Source of the DNA: Chthoniobacterales bacterium
GTDB lineage: Bacteria > Verrucomicrobiota > Verrucomicrobiia > Chthoniobacterales > Chthoniobacteraceae
DNA: 64,000 nucleotides
NCBI GenBank assembly: GCA_038207335.1
Contig: JBBQZX010000014.1
Location: forward strand, 1 to 64,000
Direction of reading: 5' to 3'
Shown: in pieces, positions 9,734 through 19,093 of the stretch
Layout: every line of letters starts with the position of its first letter
Position numbering within the stretch: the stretch's first letter is position 1
Translations under genes and position numbers: made by a program
The notes under the pieces: generated by a model
The model's input: the letters and a program-made list of their open reading frames with translations, nothing else
Told to the model about the DNA's origin: nothing
The model's database searches: none

Positions 9734-10648
9734 CTACAGAGCTGCGCGCATCGCTTCGAGCGGGGCTTCGCGACCGAACCAGATTTCAAACGAGAGCGCG
9801 CCTTGATAGAGCAACATCGCGAGACCGTTTGCGCTGCGCGCGCCCGCTTCATCGGCGGCGACCATGAGCTTTGTGCGGGCGGAGGTGTAGATCGTGTCGA
9901 AGATCATGAGATGCGGCTGCAGAAGCGCGCTCGAAAGCGGTGAGGCATCGCTGCGTTTCATGCCGACGGAGGTGCAGTTGATCACGAGATCGGTCTGCGC
10001 GAGCTGTGCCCGAAGCGCGTCCTCCTCCCACGGCGCGACCTCCAGCCGATCGCCGGGGCCGGAGACGCGCGGGCCGCGAAACAAGGGCTGAAGCTCCTCA
10101 GCGAGTAGTCGCGCTTTTCCGACGGTGCGATTCACGAGCACGAGACGCTCGCATTTTTCAAAGCCGCACTGCATCGCGATCGCGCGTCCCGCGCCACCGC
10201 CCGCGCCGAGCACCATCACGCGCAAGTCTCGCAGATCGACGCCAAATTCTGCGTGCACCGCACGCACGAGCCCGGGGCCGTCCGTGTTGAAGCCGACGAG
10301 TTCATCCCCTTCCACGACGACCGTATTCACGACGCCGATCCGCCGGGCGTGATCGTCCACGCGATCCATGAGCGCGAGTGCGGCGGCCTTGTGCGGGATC
10401 GTGCAATTCACGCCGATGAACCCCTGCCCCGGCAGCAGTCGCAGCGCCTCAGGCAGCTCTTCGGCGCGGATGTGGAGCCGCGCGTATCGCGCATCGATGC
10501 CACACTTTTCCAGCGCGGCGTCGTGCATCGGCGGCGAGGCTGAATGCGCAACCGGATCGCCGAGCACGGCGAGGCGCAAAGGCACGGAACCATCCGCCGT
10601 GGCGCGCGGCCAGTCGCGCAGGTCGTCGAGTGAGTAAACGTCTTTCAA
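9734..10648 (-). CDS. aroE: Shikimate dehydrogenase
   Basis: HSASP, NCTIPHK, VNT, NTDG, GAGGGAG, MLLYQG. Confidence 0.93.
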   Translation of the reverse strand: MKDVYSLDDLRDWPRATADGSVPLRLAVLGDPVAHSASPPMHDAALEKCGIDARYARLHIRAEELPEALRLLPGQGFIGVNCTIPHKAAALALMDRVDDHARRIGVVNTVVVEGDELVGFNTDGPGLVRAVHAEFGVDLRDLRVMVLGAGGGAGRAIAMQCGFEKCERLVLVNRTVGKARLLAEELQPLFRGPRVSGPGDRLEVAPWEEDALRAQLAQTDLVINCTSVGMKRSDASPLSSALLQPHLMIFDTIYTSARTKLMVAADEAGARSANGLAMLLYQGALSFEIWFGREAPLEAMRAAL

Positions 10649-10667
10649 TCGGATGCGATGCGCGTGT

Positions 10668-10940
10668 TTAGCGCTGACCGAGGTATTCCTCGATGCGCTG
10701 CGCTTTTCGCAGGAGGAAAGGCGTGTGCTTCTCGGAAACTTCGGTGAATTTTTTGAGCACCTTCATCGTGGCGAGAAATTCCTCGGCGAATTTCTCATGC
10801 TCCTGATCCTGCCATGTGCTGCCGAGCGCGGCGAAGCGTGCCTGCAGGCTTTGCGCGCGGGTTTGCGCGTCGTCGTTGAAGCGCTTGAGCTCTTTTGCAA
10901 AGCGCCGCACCTCCTCGGGATCCATGATTGCTTGGGCCAT
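10668..10940 (-). CDS. WXG100 (ESAT-6-like) family protein, PVC type
   Basis: 90 aa; N-terminal MDPEEVRRFA; two amphipathic helices around a central W-Q-D (WxG-like) turn; C-terminal YxxQR. Confidence 0.8.
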   Translation of the reverse strand: MAQAIMDPEEVRRFAKELKRFNDDAQTRAQSLQARFAALGSTWQDQEHEKFAEEFLATMKVLKKFTEVSEKHTPFLLRKAQRIEEYLGQR

Positions 10941-10987
10941 TGGGAGTAAAAAGTTGAGGATTTATATTAGAGTGTCGTGGAGGAGCC

Positions 10988-11044
10988 TGCTGGAGAGCGC
11001 GCCATACGACCAAAGCCAATGCCGTTTGGCGCGAGGCTCCAGCA
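10988..11044. repeat. REP-like inverted repeat
   Basis: TGCTGGAG..CGCGCCA at the left pairs with TGGCGCG..CTCCAGCA at the right, in the divergent intergenic region. Confidence 0.55.
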
Positions 11045-11202
11045 AAATCGAGCGTGACCACCTTACAATCGTGGCGTGCCAATGTTCGCCTCAAGTTTGC
11101 GGAAAATTGGCCGCGCGATAGGGTGAGGTAGCTTGAGCACAGGCACGCGGTTCCGCCCCCTCGCGAGAACGGCCCGGCGCTCTCTTTCCCTCGAAAAAAC
11201 CA

Positions 11203-13380
11203 ATGAAACGCGCCCTCTTCCCCGCCTTGTTATTCGCCATCGCCCTGACGCTCTCTGCGGGAGCCGCGCCGCCAGCTTACGATCACGTCGTCATCGTCAT
11301 CGAGGAGAACCACTCGCTGACGCAGATCATCGGCAACCGCACGACAGCGCCTTACATCAATCAGCTCGCGGATGGCGGAGTGAATTTCACGGGCCTTTTC
11401 TCCATCTCGCACCCGAGCCAGCCGAACTACCTCGAGCTTTTCTCAGGCGCGGCCCAGGGCGTCACCGACGATAGTGTTCCGGCGGGGTATCCCTTTTCCA
11501 CGCCGAATCTCGGCGCAGCGCTACTCGCTGCCGGGCGCACTTTTATCGGCTATTCGGAAGACCTGACGGAAGCAGGCGACCGCGACACGGCTTCGACCGA
11601 TCTCGTGGCCGGTGGGACGACATACAAGCTCTACCGCCGCAAACATAATCCGTGGGCGAATTGGCAGGACGCAAAGCCCTCGGACGGCTCGGTGCCCACG
11701 CCGCCACCGAATCAATTGCCGTGGACTACGAACCAGCCATTCAGCGCATTTCCCACCGACTTCACGCAATTGCCGGACGTCTCAATCGTCGCACCAAACG
11801 AGCAGAACGACATGCACGACGGCACGGTGAAAATGGCCGACGACTGGCTTGCGGCGAATCTCAGCGCGTACGCGGAATGGGCGAAAACGCACAACTCGCT
11901 GCTGGTCGTCGTATGGGATGAAGATGATTACGCGTCGGACAATCGCATCCCGACCCTCTTCTACGGAGCGAATTTGAAGCCGGGAAACAACGACTCGACC
12001 TGGACGCTGCACAATCTCCTGCGGACGATCGGCGAGATGTATGGCGTCGCGACGCACGCAGGGAGCGCCGCGCAGGTCGAGGCGATCAGCGGCGTCTTCA
12101 CCAGCGACTTTCCAGCGGTCACGCTGGCGTTGCGGCAGGGTGCGGATGGATACGTCGGCGCGCACGACACGGAGCTGCATTTCGCACAGCCCGATGCGGT
12201 GTTTGGCGGCGCGACTCCGCTTGCCGCGGATCTCGATGAAGATGGCGCGGCAGGGAATCAGGAGGTGCAGGCGCTCGTGCGCTTCGATCAAGTCGCGACG
12301 CTGGTGCCGCCCGGCGCACATATCCTTTCGGCGAAGCTCATCATGCATACCACCGATGTCTCGGATGACGTCGTCGAGCTGCATCGGATGCTCGTGGACT
12401 GGGACGAAAACAGCACCTGGAACAGTCTCGCAGACGGCGTCGTGGCAGACGACATCGAAGCGGCGGCGACGCCCGAATTTTCACTGACACCAAATATCGC
12501 CGGCGCAAATTCGATCTTCGATGTCACCGTCGCCGTGCGCGACTGGATCGCCGGCGTGCCGAACAAAGGCTGGGTGATCCTTCCGACGGGCACGGATGGC
12601 TGGGGCTTCGATTCCGCGGAAGGCGCGACCGCAAGGTTTCGCCCAACTCTGGAGATCACCTACGCGGTGAGCGTGCTCGAGTTTTCGGCGACAACTTATG
12701 TGCGCGACGAGGTGCCCGGCGGCATGGTGACAATCACCGTCACGCGAAGCGGCTGTGCGGACGACGCGGTGTCGGTGGACTACGCGACCGCCGATGGCAC
12801 GGCGAGTTCGGGCGAAGATTACGCCGCAAGTTCCAGCACGCTTTCGTGGACGGCGGGCGACGTGACTCCGCACACATTTTCCGTCGAGATCACGCCGGAT
12901 GAAATCGTAGAGGCCGATGAGACCGTGCTCCTGGCGCTCACCAACGCCACGGGCGCAGCCGTGCTCACGGGCCGTGCGACCGCGACGCTGACCATCCGAG
13001 AAACCGCGCTCAACAACTGGCGCGTGGAAAGATTCGGAGCGGACGCAAACACCCCCGAAATCGCCGGCGACACTGCCGACCCGGACGGCGACGCGCAGGA
13101 CAATATTTCCGAATACATCGCCGGCACCGAACCGCTGGATCCCGTGAGCCGCTTCCGCGCGAGCATCGAGCCTGGAGGGCCCGGCGAGATGCACATCCTT
13201 TTCACCGCGCAGCCCGGCCGCGGCTACACCGTGCAATTCAAAGCCGCGCTGAGCGACACGGAATGGCAAAGCCTCACCGACATCGCGCCCGCTTCGACAG
13301 CGCGCGAAATCGACATCACCGACGCCATTGGCTCAAGCGGGCAGCACTTCTACCGCGTGGTCACGCCGATGCAGCCGTAG
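11203..13380 (+). CDS. Secreted modular phosphoesterase (acid phosphatase) with DNRLRE-like, Calx-beta and C-terminal putative sorting domains
   Basis: Signal peptide; HVVIVIEENHS, HPSQPNY, RKHNPW, NDMHDG; ALVRFD..TWN..PNKGW..RPTLEITY; VDYATADGTA..EDY; DPDGD..EY.AGT.P; terminal FYRV. Confidence 0.8.
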   Translation: MKRALFPALLFAIALTLSAGAAPPAYDHVVIVIEENHSLTQIIGNRTTAPYINQLADGGVNFTGLFSISHPSQPNYLELFSGAAQGVTDDSVPAGYPFSTPNLGAALLAAGRTFIGYSEDLTEAGDRDTASTDLVAGGTTYKLYRRKHNPWANWQDAKPSDGSVPTPPPNQLPWTTNQPFSAFPTDFTQLPDVSIVAPNEQNDMHDGTVKMADDWLAANLSAYAEWAKTHNSLLVVVWDEDDYASDNRIPTLFYGANLKPGNNDSTWTLHNLLRTIGEMYGVATHAGSAAQVEAISGVFTSDFPAVTLALRQGADGYVGAHDTELHFAQPDAVFGGATPLAADLDEDGAAGNQEVQALVRFDQVATLVPPGAHILSAKLIMHTTDVSDDVVELHRMLVDWDENSTWNSLADGVVADDIEAAATPEFSLTPNIAGANSIFDVTVAVRDWIAGVPNKGWVILPTGTDGWGFDSAEGATARFRPTLEITYAVSVLEFSATTYVRDEVPGGMVTITVTRSGCADDAVSVDYATADGTASSGEDYAASSSTLSWTAGDVTPHTFSVEITPDEIVEADETVLLALTNATGAAVLTGRATATLTIRETALNNWRVERFGADANTPEIAGDTADPDGDAQDNISEYIAGTEPLDPVSRFRASIEPGGPGEMHILFTAQPGRGYTVQFKAALSDTEWQSLTDIAPASTAREIDITDAIGSSGQHFYRVVTPMQP

Positions 13381-13537
13381 CGTCGCGTGAACCAATCTCC
13401 CGCCCTCCTACCGCCCGAGCAGGTGGGGATAGGCACGTTCGTTTCTCCGCGATGGTTCGGCACGCCTTCGGAGATGCAACCCTGACACCGCTCACGCGGA
13501 AGTCGGCGCGCAGCTATCACTCGCGTGGGAAATCGGT

Positions 13538-13543
13538 TATACT
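13538..13543 (+). promoter_or_regulatory. Candidate -10 box for the RND operon
   Basis: TATACT 27 bp upstream of ATG 13571; no clear -35 box. Confidence 0.3.
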
Positions 13544-13570
13544 ATGCGCTTGTTGCCACGAATATTTTCC

Positions 13571-14773
13571 ATGCCCGTTCCGCACACGCTCGTCCGATTT
13601 TTCTCTGCCATTGCGCTCCTCGCTGGAGTCCAGGCGTGCTCGAAAAAAGAAACCGCAGCACCGCCCCGCGGGGCGGGCGGGCCGGTGCCGGTCGAGGTGG
13701 CGAAGGTGGAGAAAAAGGATTTGCCGCTCGATCTTCGGGCGATCGGAAATGTCGAACCGATCGCGACCGTGGCGATCAAGGCGCAGGTCGGCGGGGAGCT
13801 GCTCGCGGTGAATTTTCAAGAAGGCCAGGATGTGAAAAAGGGCGATCTTCTTTTTACGATCCAGCCAAAGCTCTACGCCACGCAGCTCGCGCAGGTGGAG
13901 GCGAATCTCGCGCGGGATCGAGCACAGGCGGCAAATGCGGAGCGGGAGGCGGCACGCAGCGTCGATCTCAGCGCCAAAGGGGCGGTGTCGAAGGAAGAGC
14001 TCGAACAGACGCGATCGAACTCCGACGCATTCGCGGCTACGGTGCGGGCGGATGAGGCGTCATTGGAAATCGCAAGGGTGCAGCTCGGCTACGCGACGGT
14101 GAAGTCGCCGATCGACGGACGCACCGGCGCTCTCAACGTGCAGGCAGGAAATTTGATTAAAGCCGGCGCCGACGACGCAATGGTGACGATTAATCAGCTC
14201 GCTCCGATTTACGTGGCTTTTTCCGTGCCAGAAAATCATCTCGCGGCGATCCGAAAAGGGATGACCAAAGGAAAGATGGGAGTCGCCGCGCTCAATCCGA
14301 AATCACACGACGCGCTCGCGGAGGGCGAGTTGACATTCATCAGCAACGCGGTCGATTCCACAACGGGTACGATTTTGCTAAAGGCGACTTTTTCGAATGA
14401 TGACCGCGCTCTGTGGCCGGGCGCGTTTGTGGATGTGGTGCTGCATCTTTCCGCCGATGAGGGAGTTACGGTCGTCCCGACGTCATCGATCACGATCGGC
14501 CAGCAGGGGCCGCAGGTATTCGTGGTGAAACCGGACGGAACAGCGGAACTTCGCGCCATTAAAACCGGCCGCACGGTCGCGCGGGAAGTGATTGTGAACG
14601 AGGGTTTGCAACCGGACGAGACGGTGGTCGTCAATGGGCAGAGCCGGTTGACTCCGGGAGCAAAGGTCTCGGTGCCTGAGAAGCCAAAAACATCGAACGT
14701 CGAACATCCAACATCGGACATCCAATCCCGGAATTCCGAGGCGGGTAAACGTTCTCCCCTTCCCCTCGCGTGA
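13571..14773 (+). CDS. RND efflux periplasmic adaptor (MdtA-like lipoprotein)
   Basis: Lipobox-like LAGVQAC, VKSPIDGRTG, VDSTTGTI, LWPGAFV; 4-nt overlap with the RND permease gene. Confidence 0.92.
   Translation: MPVPHTLVRFFSAIALLAGVQACSKKETAAPPRGAGGPVPVEVAKVEKKDLPLDLRAIGNVEPIATVAIKAQVGGELLAVNFQEGQDVKKGDLLFTIQPKLYATQLAQVEANLARDRAQAANAEREAARSVDLSAKGAVSKEELEQTRSNSDAFAATVRADEASLEIARVQLGYATVKSPIDGRTGALNVQAGNLIKAGADDAMVTINQLAPIYVAFSVPENHLAAIRKGMTKGKMGVAALNPKSHDALAEGELTFISNAVDSTTGTILLKATFSNDDRALWPGAFVDVVLHLSADEGVTVVPTSSITIGQQGPQVFVVKPDGTAELRAIKTGRTVAREVIVNEGLQPDETVVVNGQSRLTPGAKVSVPEKPKTSNVEHPTSDIQSRNSEAGKRSPLPLA
14689..14726 (+). repeat. 7-bp tandem repeat inside the adaptor gene's 3' end
   Basis: AACATCG AACGTCG AACATCC AACATCG GACATCC AAT, encoding TSNVEHPTSDIQ. 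Confidence 0.8.
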
Positions 14774-17700
14774 GCATTTCCGAGCCGTTCATCCGCCGCC
14801 CGGTGATGACCACCTTGGTCATGCTGGCGATTCTGGGCTTCGGACTTTTCGCGTTTCAGGGGCTGCCGGTGAGCGATTTGCCGAACGTGGATTTTCCCAC
14901 GATCCAAGTCAGCGCGGCGGTGCCCGGCGCGAGCCCGGAGACGATGGCGTCGTCGGTAGCGACGCCTCTGGAGCGGCAATTCAGCACGATCGCGGGGATC
15001 GACTCGATGACCTCGAGCAGCGCGATCGGAAGCACAAACGTGACGATCCAATTCACGCTCGACCGCGACATCGACGCCGCCGCGCAGGACGTGCAATCGG
15101 CCATCTCCGCCGCGCAACGACTGCTGCCGCACGAGATGCCGAGCCCGCCCTCTTTCAAAAAGGTGAACCCCGCCGATTCGCCGATTCTCTACCTCGCGAT
15201 CACGTCGCCTTCGCAGCGGCTCTCGGACGTGAATGAAGTGGCCGAGACGCTCGTCGCGCAGCGCATCTCGACGATTGCCGGCGTCGCACAAGTCAGCATT
15301 TTCGGCCCGCAAAAATACGCGGTGCGCGCGCAGGTCGATCCCGGCCAGCTCGCCGCGCGCGGCCTCGGGCTGGATGAAGTCATCGTGGCGATCCAAAACG
15401 CGAATGTGAACCTGCCGACGGGTACGCTCCAAGGCCCCTCGCAGGCGGCAACCGTTGAATCGACTGGCCAACTGCTCGACGCGGCGGCGTATCGCGACCT
15501 AATCGTGGCGTATCGGAACGGCTCGCCGATCCGACTCGAAGAACTCGGGCGCGTGATTGACAGCGTCGAGAACGACAAGATTGCGAGCTGGTTTCGCGGC
15601 GAGCGCGGCATCGTGCTCGCCATCCAAAAACAGCCCGGGACGAACACCGTCGCAGTCGTCGATGCAGTGAAAAAACTGCTCCCAACTTTCCGCAAACAAA
15701 TCCCACCGTCGATCGACCTCGCCGTGCTCTCCGACAAATCGCTCACGATCCGCGAGTCGGTGCACGACGTGGAATTCACGCTAGTCCTCGCGATCGCGCT
15801 CGTCGTGCTCGTGATCTTCCTCTTCCTGCGAAACATCCGCGCAACGCTCATCCCATCGGTCGCGATGCCGCTATCCGTCATCGGAACATTCATGGCGATG
15901 CACCTGATCGGCTTCAGCGTGGATAATTTCTCTTTGCTCGCGCTCACGCTCGCCGTCGGCTTCGTCGTCGATGACGCCATCGTCGTTTTGGAAAATATCG
16001 TGCGCCACATCGAACTGGGCGAAAAGCCAATGAATGCGGCACTCAAAGGCTCGAAGGAGATCGGCTTTACGATCGTGTCGATGACGATCTCGCTCGCTGC
16101 CGTCTTCATCCCGGTCCTGTTCATGCCGGGGATTCTAGGGCGCCTTTTGAACGAGTTTGCGGTTGTGATCGGCGTCGCGATTCTCGTCTCCGGCTTCATC
16201 TCGCTCACGCTCACGCCCATGCTGTGCAGCCGGTTTTTGAAATCTCACGAGGAGTCGAAACCGGGGCGACTGTATCAATGGAGCGAACGGATTTTCGACT
16301 CCGTGCTGCATCTCTACGATCGAACGCTAAAAGTCGCGATTCGGCATGGTGTACTCGTCGCGCTCGTCGCGCTCGGAAGCGTTGCCGCGACTGCGTGGCT
16401 GTTTGTGGACCTGCCGAAAGGGTTCATCCCGAATGAGGACAACGGACAGATTTTTGCATTCACCGAGGCTGCACAGGGCATCTCGTTCGACAAGATGGCG
16501 GAGCTGCAACAGCGAGCTGCGGCGATCGTGGCGAAGAGCCCGTACGTCGAAGCGTTCATGTCTAGCATCGGTGCGGGCGGCTCGAGCTCGACCCCGAATA
16601 CGGGGCGGTTGTTCATGAATCTCAAACCTCGCAGCGAGCGGCCTCCGGCGGATGAAATCATCGCGGAGCTTCGCAAGCAATTATCCGGCATTCCCGGGCT
16701 TAAGGTTTTCCCCCAAATCGTGCCCTCGATCCGCATCGGCGGTTCGCTGACAAAGGCGCTGTATCAATTCACGCTCTTCGGCCCGAACCTCGACGAACTG
16801 TATGCGGCCTCGCCGAAAGTCGAGGCGAAGATGCGCGGAATTCCCGGCCTGCTCGATGTCAACAGCGACCTGCAAATCACGAATCCGCAGGTGATGGTGA
16901 CGATCGAGCGCAACCGCGCATCGGCCCTCGGAGTCAGCGCGTCGCAAGTCGAAACCGCGCTCTCAAATGCATACGGCTCGCGCCAAGTCTCCACGATCTA
17001 CACGCCGACGAATCAGTATCAGGTGATCGTCGAGGTGCTGCCTAGCTTGCAGGAGAGTTCGGTCGATCTCACGAAGCTCTACATCCGGTCGAGTAACGGG
17101 AAGCTCGTGCCGCTCAGTGCGATCACGGAGATTTCGCCGAGCACGGGACCGGTCACAGTGCAGCATCTCGGGCAGCTACCGGCAGTCACTTTGTCGTTCA
17201 ACCTCACTCCCGGCGTCTCGCTCGGCGACGCGATTCCGAAGATTGAAGCGGCGGTGAAATCGGAAATCCCCGACACGATCACGACGGGCTTTCAAGGCAC
17301 CGCGCAAGCGTTTCAATCCTCGCTGAAAGGCCTCGGCCTGTTGCTCGTGATGGCTTTGCTCGTCATCTATCTCGTGCTCGGGATTCTCTACGAGAGTTTC
17401 ATCCATCCTCTCACGATTCTGTCGGGCCTGCCAGCCGCCGGATTCGGAGCGCTCATAGCACTGAAGCTCTTCGGCTACGAACTGAATGTGTACGGCTTCG
17501 TCGGCATCCTCATGCTCATCGGCATCGTGAAAAAGAACGCGATCATGATGATCGACTTCGCGCTCGAGGCGCAGCGGAACGAAGGCAAGTCGCCCGCCGA
17601 CGCTATTTATGAAGCGTGCCTCGTCCGCTTTCGCCCGATCATGATGACGACGATGGCGGCGCTCATGGGCACGCTGCCGATCGCCATCGGGCTCGGAGCC

Positions 17701-17883
17701 GGGGCGGAGTCACGCCGTCCTCTCGGCATCGCGGTGGTCGGCGGACTCATCGTCTCGCAACTCCTGACGCTCTACATCACGCCGGTGATCTACCTTTTCC
17801 TCGAACGCCTCCAAGGCCACCGGTCGAACGAAAACACTGACGCACCCAAAGACCAAGTCCGCGAATTAGCGGACGCGTTCTAG
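14770..17883 (+). CDS. RND efflux permease (MdtB/MdtC-like, HAE1)
   Basis: FIRRPV, VVDDAIVVLEN, GIVKKNAIMMIDFA, RFRPIMMTT; 1037 aa. Confidence 0.96.
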   Translation: MSISEPFIRRPVMTTLVMLAILGFGLFAFQGLPVSDLPNVDFPTIQVSAAVPGASPETMASSVATPLERQFSTIAGIDSMTSSSAIGSTNVTIQFTLDRDIDAAAQDVQSAISAAQRLLPHEMPSPPSFKKVNPADSPILYLAITSPSQRLSDVNEVAETLVAQRISTIAGVAQVSIFGPQKYAVRAQVDPGQLAARGLGLDEVIVAIQNANVNLPTGTLQGPSQAATVESTGQLLDAAAYRDLIVAYRNGSPIRLEELGRVIDSVENDKIASWFRGERGIVLAIQKQPGTNTVAVVDAVKKLLPTFRKQIPPSIDLAVLSDKSLTIRESVHDVEFTLVLAIALVVLVIFLFLRNIRATLIPSVAMPLSVIGTFMAMHLIGFSVDNFSLLALTLAVGFVVDDAIVVLENIVRHIELGEKPMNAALKGSKEIGFTIVSMTISLAAVFIPVLFMPGILGRLLNEFAVVIGVAILVSGFISLTLTPMLCSRFLKSHEESKPGRLYQWSERIFDSVLHLYDRTLKVAIRHGVLVALVALGSVAATAWLFVDLPKGFIPNEDNGQIFAFTEAAQGISFDKMAELQQRAAAIVAKSPYVEAFMSSIGAGGSSSTPNTGRLFMNLKPRSERPPADEIIAELRKQLSGIPGLKVFPQIVPSIRIGGSLTKALYQFTLFGPNLDELYAASPKVEAKMRGIPGLLDVNSDLQITNPQVMVTIERNRASALGVSASQVETALSNAYGSRQVSTIYTPTNQYQVIVEVLPSLQESSVDLTKLYIRSSNGKLVPLSAITEISPSTGPVTVQHLGQLPAVTLSFNLTPGVSLGDAIPKIEAAVKSEIPDTITTGFQGTAQAFQSSLKGLGLLLVMALLVIYLVLGILYESFIHPLTILSGLPAAGFGALIALKLFGYELNVYGFVGILMLIGIVKKNAIMMIDFALEAQRNEGKSPADAIYEACLVRFRPIMMTTMAALMGTLPIAIGLGAGAESRRPLGIAVVGGLIVSQLLTLYITPVIYLFLERLQGHRSNENTDAPKDQVRELADAF

Positions 17884-17909
17884 ACGAGTTCATCGATTCC
17901 CGCAGGGTC

Positions 17910-18494
17910 TTACCGATTCGAGGCTTTCGCAGCGCGCGGCGCCGCTTTCTTCGCGGGCCTCTTCACTGCGGGCGCCTTTTTCGCAGCAGTCTTTGCAGCA
18001 ACAGGCGTTTTTTTTGCGGCAAGCTTTTTCGGAGCCGCGGGTGCCTTGGCTTTTGCTTTTGGGGCGGCAGGCTTGGCTGCCGGGGCTTTAGCCTTCGGAG
18101 CGGTCACTTTTTTCACCGGCTCCGGTGCGACGACCGGGGTTTCGGGGATCGGCGGCGACATGGGCGCACGGCTGTGATTTCCGGATGCGAATTTCGCGTT
18201 CATCTCCGCTGCAGTCGCGAAGAACGTCACGAGCGCGGGAGCGATGCCACGATAGGTTTTGCCGACCTTTTTTACGATGCCGCCCTGGACGAGATTTTGA
18301 AGCTTTTCGTAAGCACGTAGGCGGAGCATTTCCTCGCCACCGCTAGCCATGTTCCGCGCGCGGAGATTTTCGTGGACGATCGAAAAGAGCGCCTTGAACT
18401 CGAACGCGGTCTTGCGTGAGAGCACGGTGGCGAGCTCCTCAGCGACGCGATCAGGACCCCGACGTGAAAAACCGTAAGCTGTCTTCATCCGCAC
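17910..18494 (-). CDS. Hypothetical basic protein with a histone-H1-like Lys/Ala/Pro tail
   Basis: Helical/winged-helix-like N-terminal ~100 aa, then KAKAPAAKPAAPKAKAK..AAKKAPAVKRPAKKAA. Confidence 0.75.
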   Translation of the reverse strand: MRMKTAYGFSRRGPDRVAEELATVLSRKTAFEFKALFSIVHENLRARNMASGGEEMLRLRAYEKLQNLVQGGIVKKVGKTYRGIAPALVTFFATAAEMNAKFASGNHSRAPMSPPIPETPVVAPEPVKKVTAPKAKAPAAKPAAPKAKAKAPAAPKKLAAKKTPVAAKTAAKKAPAVKRPAKKAAPRAAKASNR

Positions 18495-18598
18495 TTTCTA
18501 CCACATTTCGCACAAATAGCGAGCGCTGATTGTCGGAAATTAGTCTTTCTGATCGAAAAAGAATTCTCTGCCACCATCTCAGCCCCCTTTCTTCGGCC

Positions 18599-19093
18599 TT
18601 ATTGAAGAAGATCGGCGACCTGAGTTTGGACGGCGGCCATTTCATCGAGACGAAGTAGCGGATCTGGAATCAAGAAAACCTCGCCCGTCTTCACATGCTC
18701 GTAGATTCGCGTGAGCGAGCCGTCTCCACCGGTGCACGTCCCGGTTTCCTTGAGCTGCCTTTTTCGCTCCAGCATCAGGGCGAGGATGTAGCGCACGTTT
18801 CCGTGCTCCAGCGCGCCGTCGGCCATGTAGCGGCGCAGGAGCTCTTCGGCGGTTTGCTTGCCGAGCGCCTCTGGCGCGGCGGGTGGCGGGACTTCAAATT
18901 TCGACCGCCAGAAAGAGAACGGCTGCGGGCCTTCCGGGTTGCGCGCCTGCCATGCGGACTCGCTCAGATCCTCGCGCCGGAAGCCGGTCTTTTCATCGAA
19001 GAGGAGCGTGTAGAAGAACTCGCCGTCCTGAAATGGTTCGCCGCTCGCGGAACAGCGATCGGCACGACTCTGGATCGACCACTCGATGTTCAT
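18599..19093 (-). CDS. Conserved hypothetical protein
   Basis: Starts MNIEWSIQSR with an ATGA overlap on the upstream lptG-like gene; globular composition (YILALMLERKR). Confidence 0.75.
   Translation of the reverse strand: MNIEWSIQSRADRCSASGEPFQDGEFFYTLLFDEKTGFRREDLSESAWQARNPEGPQPFSFWRSKFEVPPPAAPEALGKQTAEELLRRYMADGALEHGNVRYILALMLERKRQLKETGTCTGGDGSLTRIYEHVKTGEVFLIPDPLLRLDEMAAVQTQVADLLQ

Noticed and set aside
11063..11083. Possible sigma54 promoter (TGGCACG on the minus strand) for the WXG100 gene
   Set aside because: There is no TTGC at the required -12 spacing.
13571..17883. RND pump lacking an outer-membrane factor gene
   Set aside because: Sharing a TolC-like channel encoded elsewhere is common.
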